From assembly GCA_013239625.1 (NCBI GenBank), contig MU053588.1, forward strand, positions 2,800,508 through 2,864,507: a DNA stretch of 64,000 nt. Direction: 5' to 3'. This document shows, piece after piece, positions 31,200-64,000 of the stretch. Origin of the DNA: Lama guanicoe (lineage: Eukaryota). Position 1 is the first letter of the stretch. Each line of letters begins with the position of its first letter. The notes beneath the pieces were generated by a model. It was not told where the DNA came from, did not search any database, and saw only the letters and a program-made list of their open reading frames with translations. A program made the translations under genes and the position numbers.

Positions 31200-31750
31200 G
31201 CAGCGGAAAGTCCCGCCCCAGGGCCCATAGCCCCGCCCACAAGCACAAAGCCCCGCCTCCTCACTTCGGATCCCTCCCGTCAGATCCATGAGGCGCATGC
31301 GTTCTAAGTGCAGGGCACTTTAGCCCCGCCTCTGAGCTAACGCATGCGTTATTCCTACCTCAGAGCGCCTAACGGTTAGCAGAGGTGAAAGCGTCGGCGA
31401 CGATTGGAGTTCATGGGCTTGAATGTTTGTCTCTCCGCGGACACTGACCCTCAGGCCTGGCTCGCGCCTCTCCCAAGACCTTCCTGGCAGCGAGAGATCT
31501 GAGGGGCTGATCTCTCTGAGGCCGCGCCTGGTTCCCGCCTCCCTGGTTGTTGCTAGGGCGACAGTAGCCTCCGCCCCTGGCCTTGCCCCCGCCCTGCGGG
31601 TTGCTAATTGGCCCTAGCGGCCTATGGGGGCGTGGCTAAGATGTGATGGACATTTTCTCCCCTGGTTTCTCCATTTTGTGACAGGCGTCTGTCCAGCCGC
31701 GACCCACGGTTTCGCCATTGGGGGCGTGGCCCTGCTGTTGCCATCTTGAA
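31200..31750. promoter_or_regulatory. B9D2: B9D2 CpG promoter and probable non-coding exon 1 (about 31359..31550, minus strand) with RFX X-box
   Basis: Donor GAG|gtagga at 31359/31358; X-box GTCGCCCTAGCAAC (minus) 31549-31562; NRF1-like GCGCATGCG 31293-31301 and ACGCATGCGT 31340-31349; CCAAT 31607-31611; GC boxes. Confidence 0.75.
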
Positions 31751-32924
31751 TGTGGCTGAGGAAGTTTGATCATCAACTGCTTCTCCCAGACACCTTTTTT
31801 TTTTTTAAACAAAGTAAGCAAGTTCATCGATGCCCTGTGCCCCCTAAAACTCTCTTCACAACCAGAACCACAAATCAGAGACTTGAGCCAAAGCCAAGGG
31901 GGAGTCTCCGTCAGATGGCTGTGTGCATCCCCCTGCCTCATAACTAGAAAAAAAACCCCAAAACTCATTCAGAGAAGTTGGGGAAGGGGTTCCTTTTTAG
32001 AGTTCCCCCGAGCTTCTCAAGGACTGATAAATCCAACTTCCTTGTCAGAAATACTGTGCAGTTCTTCACTGTTAGTGGCGATTCTGAGCAAGGAGTTGGG
32101 TATGGGGGGAGGGGTATGAGAAATGAGGAACTGAGGCCCCTTTATCTGCAGAAAATCCTGTTCTTAAAGGCTGGACTCTGTCAGTAACTTGTGACCTTGC
32201 ATGACTAGGTCTCAATTACCGCATCCATACAATGGGCACAAGGAGAGTAACTGAGTCACAAGCACTCATTCTGATTTCCAGAGCAGTGACTTTCCCACCC
32301 TTTAAGTCCAACTGAACCTTAGTTTGTGTCTTATTCCTCCAGCCCAAACCAAGAGTCCAAAAGGAACTTTTCCCCCTATCTTTTAGCAAAAACGGGGACT
32401 GCAAAAGTTAGAGTCACCAGCTCAAAGTTATAGCTAGGGAGCAACATTTCAATGGGATGATATTTACATAAATAAAATAATTCAATAGGTTAATATTTCA
32501 CTAATAGGTGTATTTGAAAGTTACCATTTATGGAGTGATTTCTCTGTGCCAGCCCCGTAAACTGATTGTTTTGTATGCATGATCTCCTTTAATCCTCACA
32601 GCTATCCCACAGGGTAGATAATTATCAGCTTTATTTAAGATGAAGAAATTAGGGCAAAATCATTTGCCTTAAACCAAAATGATTACAGTTCTGTCTCACT
32701 CTGTCCTCAAACTCTATGTTCCTAAACTTCTGCTTTCCTGCCTCTCTTGGATACACATCTCCCAGTATCAAATATGGAGGTTATGCACATCTTCCTCGAC
32801 TCCATCACGTCCCACATACAACCAGTCATCAAAGTTCCATACAAGTCTACTTCTTAAATATTTTTTCTTCAGTTGGTTTCCTCCCCACTGGTTGATATTA
32901 CTGATTAAGAAAAATGCTTCCCAG

Positions 32925-33040
32925 GGGGCAGGGTATAGCTCAGTGGTAGAGCACATGCTTAGCAAGCGTGAGGTCCTGGTTCCAGTCCCGAGTACCTCCA
33001 TTAAAAATAAATAAATAAAGCTAATTACCCCCTTCCCCCC
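32925..33040 (+). mobile_element. tRNA-derived SINE (camelid type) with 15-bp TSD
   Basis: TSD aaaaatgc(t/c)tcccag at 32910-32924 and 33041-33055; tail ...aataaataaagctaattacccc. Confidence 0.9.
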
Positions 33041-33189
33041 AAAAATGCCTCCCAGTTCAACTACCTGGGTTTAAGCCTTGGCTCTGCCCCTTCTGTGTGA
33101 ACTTTAGCCTCTCTGGGCCTCAGTTTCCTCATCTGTAATGTGAGTGATGGTATCTACCTTGTTAGATTACTGTCAGGATTTAATGAATG

Positions 33190-33896
33190 TATGAAGCTAA
33201 TTTAAAATATGTCCACAGATTCTTTAACACTCCTTCTTTCACTTGGTAGAGCCTAATTTCTCTCCTCTTGAGTATAGGCTGCACTTTGTAACTTGCTTCT
33301 AACCAGTAGAATATGGTAGAAGTGTTGGTGTGTGACTTCTGAGACTAGGCCATAAAAGGCATTGAGGCTTCCTCCTCTCCCTCTCCCTCTTTTTTTTTTT
33401 TCCCTTGGAGGGGGCACATAATTAGGTTTATTTATTTGTATGTTTGTTTGTTTGTTTATTAATGGAGGTACTGGGGACTAAACCCAGGACCTCGTGCATG
33501 CTAAGCACGTGCTCTACCACTGAGCTATACCTTCCCCCCTCAATGTCTCTCTTGAATGGCTCAGCTTGAGAGAGACCAGCCACCAGGTTGTGACAGCAGT
33601 GAAGCAGCCAGTGGAGAGACCCCAGTGGGGAAGAACCGAGGCCCCGTGCCAACAACAAGCACCATGTGAGTGACCCATCTTGGAAGGAGATCTTTCAGCC
33701 ACATCAAATCTTCAGGTGACTGTTGCACCTGGCCAACATGCTGACTGTAACTTCATGACACCTTAAGCCAGAACCAGCCAGCTAAGTCATCAACAGATTG
33801 CTGACCAACAAAAACTATGTCAGATGATAAATGTTTATTGTTTTAAGCCAGTAAGTTTGGGGAGATATTTGTTACACAGCAGTAATAACTAATACA
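33190..33896 (+). mobile_element. MLT1-type (MaLR) solo LTR
   Basis: Characteristic 3' end ttttaagcca...tttgttacacagcagtaataactaataca; subfamily not determined. Confidence 0.7.
33390..33540 (-). mobile_element. tRNA-derived SINE nested in a MaLR LTR
   Basis: Reverse complement of the same SINE consensus, with poly-T on the plus strand. Confidence 0.85.
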
Positions 33897-34039
33897 AATG
33901 CCTAATGCATTTAGGATAGTGCTTGGCACAAAGGAAGTATTATGAATGTTTGCTATTATTGATGGTTTTTTTGTTGACGTTGTTGTTGTAACTGAAATGA
34001 CATACACACGTGTTTTACAATAAGCACGCTGAGTACTTA

Positions 34040-36360
34040 TTGATGGACTTTTTACTTTAAGGTTTTCAAAATTATGATAAAATACACATAACATAAAATT
34101 TACCATTTTAACTGTCTTTAAGTGTACAATTCAGTGGCATTAAGTACACGCACACAGTTGTGCAACCAGTCTCTAGAACTATTCTCATCTTGCAGAACTG
34201 AAATTCTGTACCTATTAAACAAAAACTCCCCATCCCTCCCTTCCTCCAGCCCTCTGGTAACCACCTATCTACCTTCTGTTGCTATGAATTTGACAACTCT
34301 AGGTGCCCATATAAGTAGAATCATTCATTGTTTGTCCTTTTATGACTGATCTATTTCACTTATCATAATGTCCTTTAGGGTCATCCATGCTGTAGTGCAT
34401 GTCAGAATTTCCTTCCTTTTTTAAAAAAATTATATAGCAGTCTTTTATTTATTTATAATTATATTCTTTATTTATAATTATATACTTAAATTTGAAGTAT
34501 AACTGACCTACAACACCATGTTAGTTCCAGGTATACAACATAATGATTCAGTATTTCTATACATTACAAAATGATCAGCACGGAATTTTCTTCCTTTTTA
34601 AGGCTGAATAATATTCAGCCCATTTTCTTTATCCATTCATCTGTTAATGTACAGTTGGGTTACTTCCACCTTTTGGCTATTGTTAATAATGCTCTTGTGA
34701 ACATGTGTGTACAAATATCTCTTCAAAACCCTGCTTTCAGTTCTTTAGGGTATATACCCAGAAGTAGGATTGCTGGGTCATATGGTAATTCTATTTTTAA
34801 GTTTTTGAGGAAGTTCCATACTGATTAATAATGACTATTCACATTGTTTTATATCTTGCATTTTTCACCCAGTGATACATCTTGGAAATTTATCCACATC
34901 AGTATGTAAAGATCTAACTCACTCTTTTTCAAAAATAAGTGTTTTGAAGTATAATATATGTACAGTAAAGTGCACAAATCATAAATGAACAGCTGGATTA
35001 AATTTCATGAACTGAATGAACCTGGTAACCAGAACTCAGCCCATGTAAAGAACATGACCAGCCCCCTAGGATGCCCATCATGCCTTTTCCGAGATGCCCC
35101 CAAGGGAAACCACTAACTGGATTTCTAACAATATGGGTTAATTTTGCCTGTTTTTTACTTTATGGAAATAAAGTCGCACAGTATGTATTGTTTTGTGTCT
35201 GCTGTCTTTGGCTGTGTTTTGCTTGTGAACTTCATCCACACTATTGCATATGGCTGTAGATCTTTCATTCTCATTGCTGTATAGTTTCCTCTATGTGAAG
35301 ATGCCACACTTTATTTATCCATCTGTTGACATATATTTGGTGGACATATGTTCAGATCTGAGTGGCGTGAAATTGCTGGGTCATAGGATATGTTCAGCTA
35401 CAGTAGTAACTGCCCAACAAGTTTTCCTAGTGGTTGGACCAATTTGGATGCCCACCAGCAGTGTATGAGAGCCCTACCCATCCCATCCTCACCAACATTT
35501 CCTGGTGGTATGTTCCTTCATTTAGCTGTTCTGGTGGGTGTGTACTGGTATCGCATTGTGATTTTAATTTGCATTTCCCTGATGACTAGTTGAGTAACTT
35601 TTTAAATGTTCATTGCTCCCTTGGATTTCCTCTTTTTGTGAAATTTTTGTTCAATTCTTTTGCTTGATTTTATGTGTGTGTATATATATACAGATATATA
35701 CATATATATTATACCCATAACTCATTATTTCTAACAGTAAAATTCTCCTAAGTACAAGAGGATTCTCCTATATAACCAAAATACCAATTTAACATTTCCC
35801 CAAGTATCAATTTAACATTGATGCAAAACTATCATCTAATTTATATTGTATATTCAGATTTCGCCCACTGTCCCAATAACACACCTTATCACCATCTGCT
35901 CTCCCTCCGGGATCACACTTTGTGTTTTGTTGTCATGTTTCCTTAGTCACCTTTGATCTAGAACAGGCTTCCAGCTTTTAAATCTTTGTTATTGTTTTGG
36001 TTTTCATGACACTGACATTCTTGAAGAGTATAGACCAGCTACTTTATACTGTGTCCCTCAATTTGGCTTTGTCCCATGTTTTCTCATGATTAGATTCAGA
36101 TGATGCATTTTTGGCAGAAAAATCACAGAAATGATGTTGTGTCCTCAGTGTATATCAGGAGGGACACAATGTTGATTTGTCCTAATACTGATGTTAATTT
36201 CTATCTCCTGGTTACAGTGATATTGTCCGTTATTACTATTTTTTTCCCTTTATAATAAATATATGATCTGTGGGAGCATACTTTGAGACTAAATAAATAT
36301 TCTGTTCCTCATCAAACTTTCAGTCAGTGTTTAGGCTTCTGTTGATGATCCTGGCTGGAA
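34040..36360 (-). mobile_element. Cluster of old L1M 3'-end fragments
   Basis: AT-rich; L1 3'UTR motifs such as atacccagaagtaggattgctgggtcatatggtaattctat and attgtgattttaatttgcatttccctgatgact. Confidence 0.75.
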
Positions 36361-37979
36361 TCTTATGTTTAATATTCCACGACCATCACAAACTCCAAGA
36401 GGCCAGGGTCTCTTGCGGTATCTTGGGGAGACTGACTATGCAAGGCTGATGGCAGCCAGAGAGATCTACTGGACATGAATAAATCTCTAGGGTGGACAAG
36501 GGAGTCAGAGGGACCTATATTGCTCAGAGATTTGGTAAAAAAAAAACAGGCTGGTGGGAATTCATGCCCCCACCCCACAAATATGTATTGAAGCCCCGCT
36601 TTGTGCCAGGCACTGTTCTAGGCCCTGAGGCACAGCAGTGAACAAAAGAGATCAAATCCCAGCCTGGCTGGAACTGACACTGATGTGGGAGGATTCAAAC
36701 TACAAACAACAGAAATATAAGCAATAAGAGAGAGGTTAAGGAGACAGAGAGTAACAGGGTCTCTCTCCCCATAAAACAGTTCTCTCATCTTCCCTCCGTG
36801 GATCTCCCCGCCTGTTGTCTGCCAGAAACTCTGGCTGAGCCAAGTGCACTTCCAGACACCATCTGCTCTCCCCGGGAGTGGGGCCTGTGCCAGCTCCAGC
36901 GTCTGGACTCTTGGCACGGAGCCCCAGAGCCCTGGAGCAAGGGAACTCTGGCCGGCTCCACATCAGGAAGGGAATCCTTCAGTTTGGCTGTCTGGGACTG
37001 GTGAGATGGAAGGCTTCCGAGAAAGGGAAGCCAATGCAAGCTGGGTGGGCTCCCTGAAGGAGGTGGAGGCCGGCAGGGTGAGAAGTCCTCTAATCAGACT
37101 GATGAAGATGGAAATAAATAATTATATTCCTAAATACCAGACATGTTCAGAGTGCCTAGTTTGGGGCAGAAGTTGGACATTTGTTATGGCACCTAATCTA
37201 AGTGCTTTATATATATTATCACATGTAAGAGGCAGGGAGTATTTACTACACTTTACAGATGAAGAAATTGGGGGCTCAGAAAGGTGATGCAATTATCCAG
37301 AGGTCATATAGCAGGTGCCTTGAAGAGCCTGGAAAGGAAAGGTCTGTGTGGGTCCAAACACTGCCTCATAACCACCACCTGTACCACTTGATATGCAGCA
37401 CGCCACTCCTGGCCCACTCCCACCTCCTCACCCTTTCCCTGAAAGCCTCCACCTCACCTGCTGCCTCTGCTTTCTCCCCTCTCCTTGGGCCAGCAAGAAA
37501 TACAGCCCTGGGTTGCAAACTGCTGGTGGATCCTAGTACCAGTTATTTACCTTGGCCAAGTGAGCACACATCTCTGAGCCTCAGTCTCCTTATCTGCAGA
37601 ATAGGGATAGGAATAGAGCTACTTAGAGGAATCCATGAGATGATAATGCAGGCCATCTAACCCAGGGGCCGGATGTAGTCTGCACTCAGTGACCCCGCGG
37701 CGTGCTCGTAGGCAAATCCTAACCTCTCTGCGCCTGTTTCCCCCTGGACACAACAGGACAATCAACGATCGTTCTTAGGAATAAACGTGTACGTGTATGT
37801 GTAAAGCACTAAGAACCTTGCCCACAGTTAGCTGTGGTTGCCGTTATTATTGCTGGGCAGCGGGGAGGACAGTGGGGTGGAGGCGGGGCCAAGCCAGGAA
37901 GGCCCTGGAGAATTGGGGCACCCCCTCCACCGTCCTACAGCTTTTGGGTCTGGGTTCGGGAGGGTCTGTGCTCAGAGAC

Positions 37980-38400
37980 TGCCGCCTGCTCCTCCACACC
38001 CGGGGTAGCAGGGACCCACGCCGGGCGCTGACGTCGGCCTTCAAGGCCCCCTCCCCGGCTCGGCGGAGGGCGGAGCCTGGGGCCCGCCGCCCCGCCCCCA
38101 TCCCCGCCCCCGGGCCCTGCGGGCCAGGGGCGCTGGGAGGGGCGCCGAGCGGCGCGCACAGACCCCGCGCCCCCAGGCCCCGGTCCCGGCCCCGGGGAAA
38201 GCGAGGTTCACGGAGTTCCCCCACCTCGGGAGGCAGGGTCGGGGCGGGTGTCTGTGCAGGGGGCCCAAGAGGTTTCGGCCTATGGCCGTGGGCGGTGAGT
38301 GAGGGGCTCAGCTGAGGGGGGCGGGTACCGCTTTCCCCCGGGTCCTGGCGTTGGGGATCCGGAGGCAAAACCTTGGTGAGGAAATCGGCTCAAGGCAGGT
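37980..38400 (+). promoter_or_regulatory. TMEM91: TMEM91 CpG-island promoter and probable exon 1 ending at 38294
   Basis: CpG-dense; GC boxes; CRE-like TGACGTCG 38029-38036; consensus donor GGCG|gtgagt; followed by a GT-rich first intron. Confidence 0.7.
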
Positions 38401-39220
38401 TTGTACTGAGGGCGGGAGACTTGGGGACCCCTCAGGGGGATCGTGAGGGCAAGAAGAATATTCTCTGGTTGAGTTGAGTGTGTATGTGTGGTGGTTTTCG
38501 GGTGTTATGGGGGAGGTGTGCAAAGGTGGATTCTGGTGAGGTGTTTAGGGAGCTGGTAGGTGTGAGTCATGGATGTGGCTGGAGTAGGAGAGGGGTGTGT
38601 GGCTCTGGGTATCTGGGGCAGGTGTACAAGGAAGGTGATGGGTGGGAACAGGGGAGAGTGTCCAGGCTGCATGTGAGGGAAGCCTGTGTATATATGTGTA
38701 TCTGGGGGAATCTGATGCTGGGGGGATTAGGATGAAGGTGCAAGGAGTTATTTGGATGAGTGTGTGAGAAGCTTGGGGCTCCAGAGAGGTGTTTTCTGCG
38801 AGCTTATTTTTGGGGGGCAAGTATGCAAACAGTCCCTTGGGACATGAATGTGCACAGGAGGAGGGGGTGTTGGGCTTGCCTGGATGGGTACGTGTGGCAG
38901 GGGACTTGGGGATTGAGAATGTAAAGGCTTGGGGGCCACAGAGGGTGTGTGAACTACGCATAATTGGGGATGGGCGTGGGGGAGAGGGATGGGAGTGTGA
39001 ACCCAGTATGGTTGTGAAGTTCATGGGCCAAGTAGGTGTGTAAGGCATGGTTTGGAATAAATGTGCAACAGGTATGTGGTTTTGACCTGAAGAGAGAGTA
39101 GCCCAGAACTGAATGTCCAGATTCCTGAGTTCTCGTCACAACTTGGACGAAACTCTTTTACTCTCTGGGCCTCAGTTTCACTATCTGTAAAATGGGTCTG
39201 AAGATCAGTCAGCTACCTAA

Positions 39221-42129
<2,909 letters not shown>

Positions 42130-42287
42130 TTGCCCCTGCGGCCCCCACTGTGAACCCAGAGGCTGGCCGCCCAGCGCGGCCGCGGTCGGAGTGGAGAATC
42201 CGGGTGGATGAGGCGGCGGCGGTAGCGTCCAGAAATGGGAGGGCGCCGGACCACCCCCGCCCCGCTTCCTGGAGGCCGCAAAGAGCG

Positions 42288-42293
42288 ATTAAA
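42288..42293 (+). terminator. TMEM91: Probable TMEM91 polyA signal ATTAAA
   Basis: About 160 nt after the stop, followed by GU-rich tgtgtctgtctgtgtgtg. Confidence 0.65.
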
Positions 42294-44248
42294 CACCAGA
42301 CACTCTTGCCGCCAAACCTGTGTCTGTCTGTGTGTGTGGGAAGGTGGAAGGGGCTGGCGGCGCCTGACCCCTGGAGGGGGCGGGCCAGAGTGACGGGCTG
42401 TCCCCAGGGTACCCCCTGACACCTCAGAGCTAGAGAAGGGGGAATCCGGAGGGCTTCCAAATTGCAGAATATTCTCCTCACAGCATGGGTGGTCGGTAGA
42501 ATTAGAGAAAGCCAGGTTCCAAGTCCTCACTCCTCCATGTTCATTGTGTAACCTCTGCCCAAGTCCCTTCTCTCTGAGCCTCTTTTTCTCATTTGCAAAA
42601 TGGGACTATTTCCCCCAACACCTGAAACAGACCCGAAGACTGTGGGTCATACATGTAAACCGCAGCCTCCCTCTGAGCTCCTTTGACAGCAAATGGCAGA
42701 AATCCAACAAGGCCTGCCTTGCCCAAGAAAGGGCAAGAAAGCCGACACAGTACCGTATTCAGGGCTCAAATGAAATGGTCTGGTCTCCCCATCTCTTGGC
42801 CCTCCTTTCCCCTGTTGGCTTCACTGTGCAGGCTCCCCCTTCTGGGAGAGAAAAATGGCCCCAGGTAGCTCAGGTACCCCAGAGGTCCTGTTCCTCAGGA
42901 ACTCTCTCATTGGCCCTCCTGGGGTAGGAGGCAGCCCCCTCAAGTGGCCCAAGACTGGGAGGCTGGGACGGATGGAGCCTTAAGGCATCAAAGGCAGGCA
43001 AAACAGCTGTCTGCCATGAATACTTAGCAGAAGCACGTTAAATGGGGCCTGATAACACCAAGTAACAAGGCGACAGTGGTTTAGTTTTCTCACTCCATTT
43101 AATGCCGTTTAATCTCGCTAGGAGGAAATACTGTTCCCCATTTGTGCCCTCCTGAGTGTCTTCACGGATCATAATTTTAAGCTAGGTATTTATGCATTTC
43201 CTTCTTGGTTACTGGGGATGAAAATGACACCTGCCCAAAGGGGCAATTGTGGGCACCACGTGAGCCAGTTCAAGTGTGAAGTGTGCAGCAGAAGGCCCCC
43301 CAGCGTGTCACTTTCACCATGCACCCCCAAGTGTCAGTGGCAGACAGGATCTGGCAACCATGTGGCCCACCGGTGGGAACACTCCTGAAGGATGTTCTTG
43401 GCTCCTATTCCCTAAATACGAGGGTTGTGATCAGTCAAATCAAAACTAAAAATATACCCATTTCCAAAAGCCCCTTAGGGGGTGCTCCCACCCCTGAGAA
43501 CCAACAGGCCTCAGCCACTTTGGTTCACAGAGGGAACCGTGGTCCAGAGTGCGCTGGCATCTCCTGGGTTTGTCTGAATGGTGAGGGCTCTGGGTCTGGA
43601 CTCAGTGGGACCCATGCTCCACCGCTAATTAGGTGGTGACCCCTGGTAGTTAAGACTCAGAACCAGATTCCCCTGAGGCCCAGAAGGCCTGTTACCTCCC
43701 TGAGCACCCCTCCCTCCTCCACCCTCATTCTGCTTCAGCTACACTGGCCATCTTGCCAGCCCTTGAACCTCTGCAGGTCTCTGTCAGGGGTCCTCCCCCC
43801 ACATATCTGTGAGTTCCTGAGCCTGCCCCTGGCCTCTTCCTGGGCTTCCCTTGGATGTCCCCCTTTCCATGAAGGTGTCTCTGACTGATGTATTAAATTT
43901 GCCCTCCTCAAACGAACCCACCAAAACCCCTCTCCCGGCCCCACCCCTTTTTAAAACAACATTTACCACCATTCAACAGACACCAACTTTATTTGTCCAT
44001 CACTTCACTGCTCCTGGAACCTGGGACCTGGAGGCTACAGTAACAGCCCCACTTTATGGGACAGTTAGAATGAGTAGATTCACTCAATAAATGCACACTC
44101 CTAGTAGTGTTTTCCTGGGGGCGGGGTGGGGTCTGTACCCACCTCCCCCCACGGGCCCAGGGACTGACTAGCAGGTTGGGGGTCCCTGCAGCTCTGGGAC
44201 CAGCTCACTCCGGCACACAATGACAGATAGGCAGGGCCAGGCTGCTGG

Positions 44249-44254
44249 TTTATT
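44249..44254 (-). terminator. EXOSC5: EXOSC5 proximal polyA signal AATAAA (a distal one lies at 43988-43993)
   Basis: Plus-strand tttatt at both positions, downstream of the stop. Confidence 0.6.
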
Positions 44255-44322
44255 TGTCGCTGGAGGTGGTAGGTGGCAGTGGCGGGAGGGGCGCCCTGCC
44301 CCGGCTTGCCTCAGCTCTTGCC

Positions 44323-51896
<7,574 letters not shown>

Positions 51897-52402
51897 CGCC
51901 CCGGACCCCACGTGCAGCGGGGATTCTCGCTTCCGCACAGAAGCGCGCGCTTGCGTACACACTGCGTACCCAGTGCGCACGCGCCGCCGGCGGCTCCAGG
52001 ATCCGTGCCTACACGTGGCTCCGCGTTTACTAACAATCTGGTCTCTCCCACTCCCCCCTCGAAAGTCCAGGAAAGCCATTGGACAGAAGAGAAAAGAGGG
52101 CGGGCCTTGGCATGAGCTCGTCCTACCCGAGGCCCCCGGGCCCTGAAACACTAGGGCGCTAGGCAGATTGCCCTCTTCTTTGCCTGTTACAGAAACAACT
52201 ACGACGAGGCGGTCTGAGTAACTTTGGGGGAAGCTGTATTGTTTTATCCCCCTACATATGTGTCCTACAGACCACAGGACTAGTAGCAGGTGGTTTCTTG
52301 GCAGGGTAATTTGGCATTTGAGTCAGGCTCATGAAGGGGCAGCCTCAGTCTCCCCAGTCTCGCGAGGAGAGGGGGCGGGTCGCCCAAGGATTGTTAGTCA
52401 AG
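51897..52402. promoter_or_regulatory. Bidirectional EXOSC5/BCKDHA CpG promoter
   Basis: Divergent ATGs about 0.5 kb apart; NRF1-like TGCGCACGCGC 51974-51984; E-box CACGTG 52012-52017; BANP-like TCTCGCGAGG 52358-52367; GC box 52371-52379; YY1 AAGATGGCG overlapping the BCKDHA ATG. Confidence 0.85.
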
Positions 52403-63546
<11,144 letters not shown>

Positions 63547-64000
63547 TAGGGGCTTGTGTGTGTGGTCCCCATCGAGGCAGGTCAGACCCAATCAGTCCCT
63601 CCTGTTTTGGCCCGCATTAGTCACCCATTGTGCTCTTACAGGAGCGGGAGGCCTGAGGAGCTAGAGGAAGACCTTTCCGAGCAAGAAAGAGCCAAGCCAG
63701 GGGCAGGAGTTGAGGGGCTTCCCCAGAGGCCTGGCAGTGTTGTGGTTAAAAGCCTGTGCTCTAACCATTCCATGCCTTGCTGGTGACCATTTTCAGATGT
63801 TGGGCAAGTCACTTCTGTTCTTAGCCTCAGTCTTCTCATCTCCAAAATAGAGATTAGGATGCACTGTCAGGCTGCTGGGAGCATGCAGCAAGGTCAGGCT
63901 GAGCTGCAGGCGTGGCTCATATTGTAGACCCCTGTCCACAGGGTGGAGGACTCTGCTGGCCTCTCCCGAGATGCCGTATCGTTCAGAGAGCAAAAACAAA

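Overview
Mammalian, GC-rich, gene-dense locus syntenic with human 19q13.2. It is most likely camelid, judged from tRNA-derived SINEs of the camelid type and no recognisable Alu or ruminant/pig SINEs. Gene order: 3' part of CCDC97 (+), complete TGFB1 (-, 7 exons, 390 aa), complete B9D2 (-, 175 aa), complete TMEM91 (+, 172 aa), complete EXOSC5 (-, 235 aa, with one U12-type intron) and BCKDHA exons 1-4 (+). Exon boundaries were read by hand from GT/AG junctions and give intact frames. There is no prokaryotic-type system, and I cannot establish a new protein-coding gene. The best unexplained signals are: an orphan CpG island between CCDC97 and TGFB1 with mirror-image CA/TG flanks, plus a nearby TATA/FOX/ETS module; a 27-bp hairpin in BCKDHA intron 3; phase-compatible read-through chimeras (B9D2-TGFB1, TMEM91-BCKDHA); an in-frame upstream ATG in TMEM91; ancient degenerate tandem arrays in TGFB1 and EXOSC5 introns; and a possible decayed hAT transposase fragment. 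Comparisons with human are from memory and were not computed.
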